From contig JAFGAR010000040.1 in the NCBI GenBank assembly GCA_016933575.1, forward strand, positions 133,265 to 197,264: a stretch of 64,000 nucleotides of DNA. Reading direction: 5' to 3'. Below, one piece after another: positions 59,069 to 64,000 of this stretch. This DNA comes from Candidatus Thorarchaeota archaeon. Lineage in GTDB: Archaea; Asgardarchaeota; Thorarchaeia; Thorarchaeales; Thorarchaeaceae. The notes under the pieces were generated by a model. It saw only the letters and a program-made list of their open reading frames with translations, did no database searches and was not told the origin of the DNA. Made by a program: the position numbers and the translations under genes. How positions within the stretch are numbered: position 1 is the first letter of the stretch; each line of letters begins with the position of its first letter.

Positions 59069-59854
59069 CTATTTGTTCATACGAACTGCTCTCTTAGCTA
59101 TAAGTGTGGCAACTGAAGCCGCTCCAAGACCATTGCCGATATTTACCACAGCAAGTCCTGGAGAGCAAGATTGTAGCATCGAAGCCAAAGCAGTTTCTCC
59201 TTTCCCACCATATCCATATCCTGTTGGTACTGGTACTCCAATCACTGGTATATCTATGAGAGCTGCAATCACTGTTGGTAATGCTCCTTCCATCCCAGCA
59301 AATACAATCACTGCATCTACATCTTTGGCTATGATTTCCTTCAATGGTTCAATTAGTCTATGGATTCCGGAAACTCCGACATCATAGAATGAAATAACAT
59401 CGACTCCCATAAGTCGTGCAAGAGCCTCAGATTCATTTGCATAAGGGATGTCCGATGTTCCAGCAGTTACAATTGCGATTCTGCCTTCTTTCTTAGACGA
59501 AATCCAATTCCCTGTAGAAATCAGGACCGACAAGATTGGGTGCCTACCCATTACCTCTATCTGGTATCTCGACATGTTTTCCTTAAGACTGACTAATTTT
59601 TCACTTGTCATTCTTGTTACAAGTACTACTTCCGTTTTTTCTAGCATTCCTTTTACTATGTCAATGATATCAACAATATCCTTGGAATCTGCAAAAACAA
59701 CTTCAGGAATTCCGCTACGATTTCCTCTATCTACATCAATTTGTGCGATACTCCCGACTCTATCAAGAGCTAGTGTTCTAATTCGCTTTTCAGCCTCTTC
59801 AATCGATATCTCGCCACTAAGCAGATTGTCCAGTATTTTTCTTGTATCTGACAT
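59069..59854 (-). CDS. larB: Nickel-pincer cofactor biosynthesis protein LarB (PurE-like)
   Basis: DVDR..R.G.PEVVF, AGTSD, DVGVSGIHRL, AGMEGALP, PTGYG, VVNIGNG. Confidence 0.9.
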   Translation of the reverse strand: MSDTRKILDNLLSGEISIEEAEKRIRTLALDRVGSIAQIDVDRGNRSGIPEVVFADSKDIVDIIDIVKGMLEKTEVVLVTRMTSEKLVSLKENMSRYQIEVMGRHPILSVLISTGNWISSKKEGRIAIVTAGTSDIPYANESEALARLMGVDVISFYDVGVSGIHRLIEPLKEIIAKDVDAVIVFAGMEGALPTVIAALIDIPVIGVPVPTGYGYGGKGETALASMLQSCSPGLAVVNIGNGLGAASVATLIAKRAVRMNK

Positions 59855-59962
59855 CGATTTCACCAAGGATATTTGTTTTCCATCTCAATAGGAGAAACTT
59901 TAAAGTTGACGTTGTGTTGATTTTCTTTGCTGGATTGATATACCCTAGCAGAGGGGCAACCA

Positions 59963-60472
59963 TTGATGCAAATACTTGACCTCTTAACCGACCCATTAGT
60001 CTTAATCATCATAGCTTGGATTGTGGCTGTAGTTGCTGCAGGAGTTTGGATTCGTCGACCCAAAACCAAGGTAGTAAAAGTCAAGGGTCCTTTAATGAAA
60101 CCAATTGGAAAGATGATTGTTGATATTGAGAGAGGGAAAGACCTGACCCCTCCTCCAACAAAACCAAGGCAGGAAATAATTACTGAATTGTTCACCTCAA
60201 AAATGAATGCTATAGGTCTTGAACCATCACTTGATAGTGGGTATATTCCAGTTTCTCATACTCCTCTAGCTAGATTCCTTAAGGATCGCGGAGTTGCTGA
60301 TGATACAGTAAGTGCTATTATTGCAGGCTTAATGGAGGAGGATACTGAAGAAGCAGTGCGAGAGATTATTGATGCAACTGCTGAATCACCTGAAGTCAAT
60401 CTTGTTGGTTCTGAGTTGGAGAAAGCAAAACAGCTTGCTGTTGATGAATGGAGAAATATGAGAGGTCAGTAG
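59963..60472 (+). CDS. Single-TM hypothetical protein
   Basis: N-terminal TM followed by RRPK; helical domain. Confidence 0.7.
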   Translation: MMQILDLLTDPLVLIIIAWIVAVVAAGVWIRRPKTKVVKVKGPLMKPIGKMIVDIERGKDLTPPPTKPRQEIITELFTSKMNAIGLEPSLDSGYIPVSHTPLARFLKDRGVADDTVSAIIAGLMEEDTEEAVREIIDATAESPEVNLVGSELEKAKQLAVDEWRNMRGQ

Positions 60473-60492
60473 AAATTGAGGGGTTATCCCGA

Positions 60493-61218
60493 ATGACCGA
60501 GCTTCTGCATATGAAAGATAATTATCTACGAGAATTTGATGCACAAGTGCTGGAAACTGGAGTTGACTATGTAATTCTTAATTGTACAGCATTTTATCCT
60601 GAAGGTGGCGGTCAATCAAGCGATACTGGATTTTTATCAGACGGTTCAAGAGAAGTTCGAGTCAAATCTGTGAAAAAGATAGAGGGACGAATCCACCACG
60701 TTCTTGAAGGTTCTCCTTTCAGTGAGGGATCAAAAATACATGGCCAGATTGATTGGGATTCTCGTTACAAATGCATGCGATTCCATACTGCTCAACATGT
60801 TCTATCCCGATATCTTCAATTGAATTATGGTGTTGAAACCGTTGGTAATAGCATTTCACCAAATGAAAGCAGAGCTGATTATGCTCCATTAGAGTTATTT
60901 GATGATGAGATGAAGCGCGAGGTTGAAGCTGGTGTCAATTCGATTCTGAAGGATAATATTGATGTTCAGATACTCTTTATGCCTCGCGATGAAGCTATTT
61001 CTTTTCTCAATGAGAAAGGTTATCAAACTCGTTATCTAGAGATGGTCCCTAAGTCAGTAAGAGAATTCAGAGTACTAGTAATTGGTGATTATGATGCAGC
61101 ATCTTGCGCAGGAACTCATGTTGCGAATACCCGCGAAATCGGTGAGATTCGTATTGGCAAATCCAAGAATGTAGGTGCTGGAAAACGTCGCATTTACTTC
61201 ACTCTGGCTGACTCCTAA
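60493..61218 (+). CDS. alaX: Alanyl-tRNA editing protein AlaX-M
   Basis: TAFYPEGGGQ.SDTG, HTAQH, CAGTHV. Confidence 0.93.
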   Translation: MTELLHMKDNYLREFDAQVLETGVDYVILNCTAFYPEGGGQSSDTGFLSDGSREVRVKSVKKIEGRIHHVLEGSPFSEGSKIHGQIDWDSRYKCMRFHTAQHVLSRYLQLNYGVETVGNSISPNESRADYAPLELFDDEMKREVEAGVNSILKDNIDVQILFMPRDEAISFLNEKGYQTRYLEMVPKSVREFRVLVIGDYDAASCAGTHVANTREIGEIRIGKSKNVGAGKRRIYFTLADS

Positions 61219-61286
61219 ATGGTACAATTACACAACAGCCAACAGTTTTATGCATCATCGAATAGAAACTAGGTAGTGTGAGACTA

Positions 61287-62576
61287 ATGAGAGCGCTTGT
61301 GCTTACTGCTGGAGAAGGTCAACGATTACGTCCTTTGACTAATCATCGGTCAAAATCTATGTTGATGATTGCAGGAAAACCAGTCCTGCAATATATTATT
61401 GACAGTCTTGTTGAAAATGGAATACATGATTTAGTTATTGTAGTTGGTCATGGACGGGAGGAACTTATTGACCACTTCCAGATGGGTGGCGAAGAAGTTC
61501 GTATCAAATATGTCATCCAACATAAACAGGAAGGCGCTGAGTCTGCTATTCTCACAGCTAAAGAGGAATTAGAAGAAGACGATGAATTTCTTCTAGTCAA
61601 TGGTGATGTCCTCGTTGAACCTGAAATGGTATCTAGAACTCTTGAAAATCATAAAACCGTTGATAGCGATGTTTCTCTATTAGTGACCCTAGTTTCCAAT
61701 CCTGAGCAATTTGGAACTGTGAAGATTAGTCCTAATGGTATTGTTGAGAATCTAGTCGAGAAAGGTGGTCCTGATCGTTATCTGAGTAATTACGCAGTTG
61801 CTGGAGTTTCTGTTTTTAGCAGAGAGACTTTGGAACTTCTAGACAAAAACAAGACGATGGAGAAAACCTTTGAGGAGCTAATTCAGAAGGGTAAGAAAGT
61901 ATCCGCGGCTGTCTGGGAAAAAGAATGGGCTGAATTTACGTGGCCTTGGGATATTTTGAATGCTAATAGAATTGTTATGGATAGACAGCTTAGAGGGAAA
62001 GGAAGTTTCATTTCAGAGTCTGCTGATGTCCATTCGAGCGTAGTAATCGAAGGTTCTGTCTTTATTGATGAAGGTTGCATTGTACGACCCCATACGACAC
62101 TCAAAGGACCAATTTATGTTGGAAAACAGGTCTATATCGGAAATAGTTCCCTTATCCGTGATTATAGTAGTCTTTGTGATGGCGTTCGCATAGGGTATGC
62201 TGTTGAACTCAGAAATACGATGGTGTTTGACCGAGTCAATCTTGGTAGAATGACATACCTAGCTGACTCAATAATTGGTGCAGATACATGCATTGAAGCA
62301 GGAGCTCAACTATGGAATTGGAGACCAGGTGGTGAGCCTCTATTCCTAAAGGAAAAGGATGAGATTATCCCAATCCCTCTACAGAAATTCGGTGCAATTA
62401 TTGGCGATAATGTTGTGATTGGTGTGAATGCCTCAATCTATCCAGCTACTAGAATTGGTGGAAATAGCTCGATTTCAGCAGGATGTGTAATAACCGAAGA
62501 TATCCCTCCCAACACAGATGTTGTCTTGGACCAAAAATTGAAGTTCTTTGAAAGAAAGGACACCTCGAAATGTTGA
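61287..62576 (+). CDS. Sugar-1-phosphate nucleotidyltransferase/acetyltransferase (archaeal GlmU-like)
   Basis: LTAGEGQRLRPLT..RSK, NGD, VEK, hexapeptide left-handed beta-helix. Confidence 0.9.
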   Translation: MRALVLTAGEGQRLRPLTNHRSKSMLMIAGKPVLQYIIDSLVENGIHDLVIVVGHGREELIDHFQMGGEEVRIKYVIQHKQEGAESAILTAKEELEEDDEFLLVNGDVLVEPEMVSRTLENHKTVDSDVSLLVTLVSNPEQFGTVKISPNGIVENLVEKGGPDRYLSNYAVAGVSVFSRETLELLDKNKTMEKTFEELIQKGKKVSAAVWEKEWAEFTWPWDILNANRIVMDRQLRGKGSFISESADVHSSVVIEGSVFIDEGCIVRPHTTLKGPIYVGKQVYIGNSSLIRDYSSLCDGVRIGYAVELRNTMVFDRVNLGRMTYLADSIIGADTCIEAGAQLWNWRPGGEPLFLKEKDEIIPIPLQKFGAIIGDNVVIGVNASIYPATRIGGNSSISAGCVITEDIPPNTDVVLDQKLKFFERKDTSKC

Positions 62577-62588
62577 GAATATATTCTC

Positions 62589-63230
62589 TTAGTATGAACC
62601 AATTTCACCACCATTGACATATACAAAGGTCATATCACCTTTCTCCAATAGAGATATTTCTATGTTGTTCACTGGAAATGAAGTCGTGAATTCATATCCA
62701 TCAACTCGTATTTTTGTCACTTCTTGATCTTGCTTAACAAGAATATCATGATGTTTGAAATGTTGTTTTGACCTTCTCTTTGGGATTAATCTCATCTTGG
62801 TCAGTAGTGCATCCAATTGGCTAAGTTCATGTTTCGATAAATGTTTACGAATTGAGGAATAGCCCAAGTACAGATCTTTTCCATTCTGAATAATATGATC
62901 TTCATATTTGCCTGTTAGTATGCGTTCAACAGCAAGGTACGGACCTAGTCCTCTCTTGATTACATCTATGTCCGTCGCAGTTTCAGAAACACATGCTGAA
63001 TTGGTATGACTCATTTCATGAGATAATAGACCAATCAAAGCCGCTTCATGCCATTTTCTAGTGGTATTGTTGCATTTGATTGCTATTTCTTGGAGGTTTT
63101 TTGACCAGCTTATCACCGCAAAGCTTGACGTTTTCCCATAAACTGCGAGGATATTACTACCGATTAACTCTGAATAAGCATAACTTTTTAGCTGATTGAC
63201 CAACCTCATCAAATCATCGTTAGGCTTCAT
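62589..63230 (-). CDS. Hypothetical HExxH (zincin-like) protein
   Basis: GLLSHEMSH...ETATD. Confidence 0.65.
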   Translation of the reverse strand: MKPNDDLMRLVNQLKSYAYSELIGSNILAVYGKTSSFAVISWSKNLQEIAIKCNNTTRKWHEAALIGLLSHEMSHTNSACVSETATDIDVIKRGLGPYLAVERILTGKYEDHIIQNGKDLYLGYSSIRKHLSKHELSQLDALLTKMRLIPKRRSKQHFKHHDILVKQDQEVTKIRVDGYEFTTSFPVNNIEISLLEKGDMTFVYVNGGEIGSY

Positions 63231-63335
63231 ATCGATTTCTTCCCATTCGAATTGACAGACTAATGAGCATCTTTAAAAGTCAAACTCAAGTTTTCGGGTT
63301 TGACCTAGTGAGCGGTATCTAGGAGAGTAATTATC

Positions 63336-64000
63336 ATCAGCAAGAAGAAATGGGGCAAATCAGCCACCAAGACCGAGAAGACAATTCGCGACGCGATTCC
63401 AAAAGCTGAGACATTAACTGGAATCAACGAGTATCTAGGCAAGGCTAGGTCTGTTACTTGCTACGATCTTGCCAATCGTTTCAATATTCGGATGAGCGTT
63501 GCTCGTAAGATATTGAGAGAGAAGGAAGCAAAGGGTGAGGTCATCCCCTATATCCGCGAAAGTGGTTTTGTCGTCTATACAACACCTCACGAAATGGAGA
63601 AGAGAGAAGGTGGAGTACCTATCATGATCTCTGATGCACTTGAAGAAGTTGCATCTTCTGTAACAGCTGAACCTGTTATTGATGATGAGATGGAGATTGC
63701 ACTTGCTGCTGCAGGCACTCCCGGTGCAGTAAAACCAAGCAAGCTTGCTCGAAAACGAAGAGAGGCTGGTGAAAAGAAGGAACGAAAAGATGTTCGACCT
63801 GAAGTAATAGTCGAACCTCTAGAACCAAGTCCTGTAAGGGTTCCTGAGCTCAGATCTGAATCTCCTAAAAAGGTTGTAGAAGAGAAGGAAGAGAAGCCAA
63901 AGAAAGAGGTTTCGAAGAAGGCAGCTGAGAAGAAGGAAGAGAAGCCAAAGAAAGAGGCTTCGAAGAAAGCAGCTGAGAAGAAGGAAGAGAAGCCAAAGAA
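63336..64000 (+). CDS. rps25e: Ribosomal protein eS25 with long Lys/Glu-rich C-terminal extension (partial; non-AUG start)
   Basis: Not in ORF track; SKKKWGK...VTCYDLANRFNIRMSVARKILREKEAKGEV...VVYTT matches the eS25 winged helix; frame open to window end. Confidence 0.85.
   Translation, partial: MSKKKWGKSATKTEKTIRDAIPKAETLTGINEYLGKARSVTCYDLANRFNIRMSVARKILREKEAKGEVIPYIRESGFVVYTTPHEMEKREGGVPIMISDALEEVASSVTAEPVIDDEMEIALAAAGTPGAVKPSKLARKRREAGEKKERKDVRPEVIVEPLEPSPVRVPELRSESPKKVVEEKEEKPKKEVSKKAAEKKEEKPKKEASKKAAEKKEEKPK
63883..64000 (+). repeat. 48-bp coding tandem repeat (KEEKPKKE[V/A]SKKAAEK), at least 2.4 copies
   Basis: AGAAGGAAGAGAAGCCAAAGAA at 63883, 63931 and 63979. Confidence 0.9.

Overview
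Archaeal chromosomal window, about 40% GC by eye, with many TTG/GTG starts and GGAGG/GGTGA Shine-Dalgarno (SD) sites. It most likely comes from an Asgard archaeon (Thorarchaeia-like). This is inferred from a stand-alone ESCRT-III/Snf7 gene, a short histone, an eS25 with the eukaryote-like KKKW motif, a presenilin-like protease and a peptide-fermentation gene set (opp ABC transporter, ilvE, gdhA, AOR plus ferredoxin). I saw no rRNA, tRNA, CRISPR array or mobile element. The ORF track missed a 56-aa histone (34956-35126), a 56-aa small protein (57483-57653), eS25 (about 63336 to the window end), a HEAT protein (1-393), a box C/D guide RNA (57773-57845) and a K-turn H/ACA guide RNA (32924-33030). 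Most interesting candidates: (1) two tandem DapA-like aldolase::formaldehyde-activating-enzyme (Fae) fusions whose Fae domains have decayed reciprocally, suggesting a hetero-oligomeric formaldehyde-channelling aldolase; (2) a chelatase-type AAA+ gene joined by a predicted -1 frameshift to a membrane-anchored vWA domain; (3) three TATA-preceded, stem-closed, CU-rich (anti-SD-like) candidate small RNAs; (4) a GCS2 carboxylate-amine ligase fused to an Ig-like array, coupled to a degenerate amidohydrolase; (5) a circularly permuted OppA. All family calls are from motif recognition by eye; no database searches were run.
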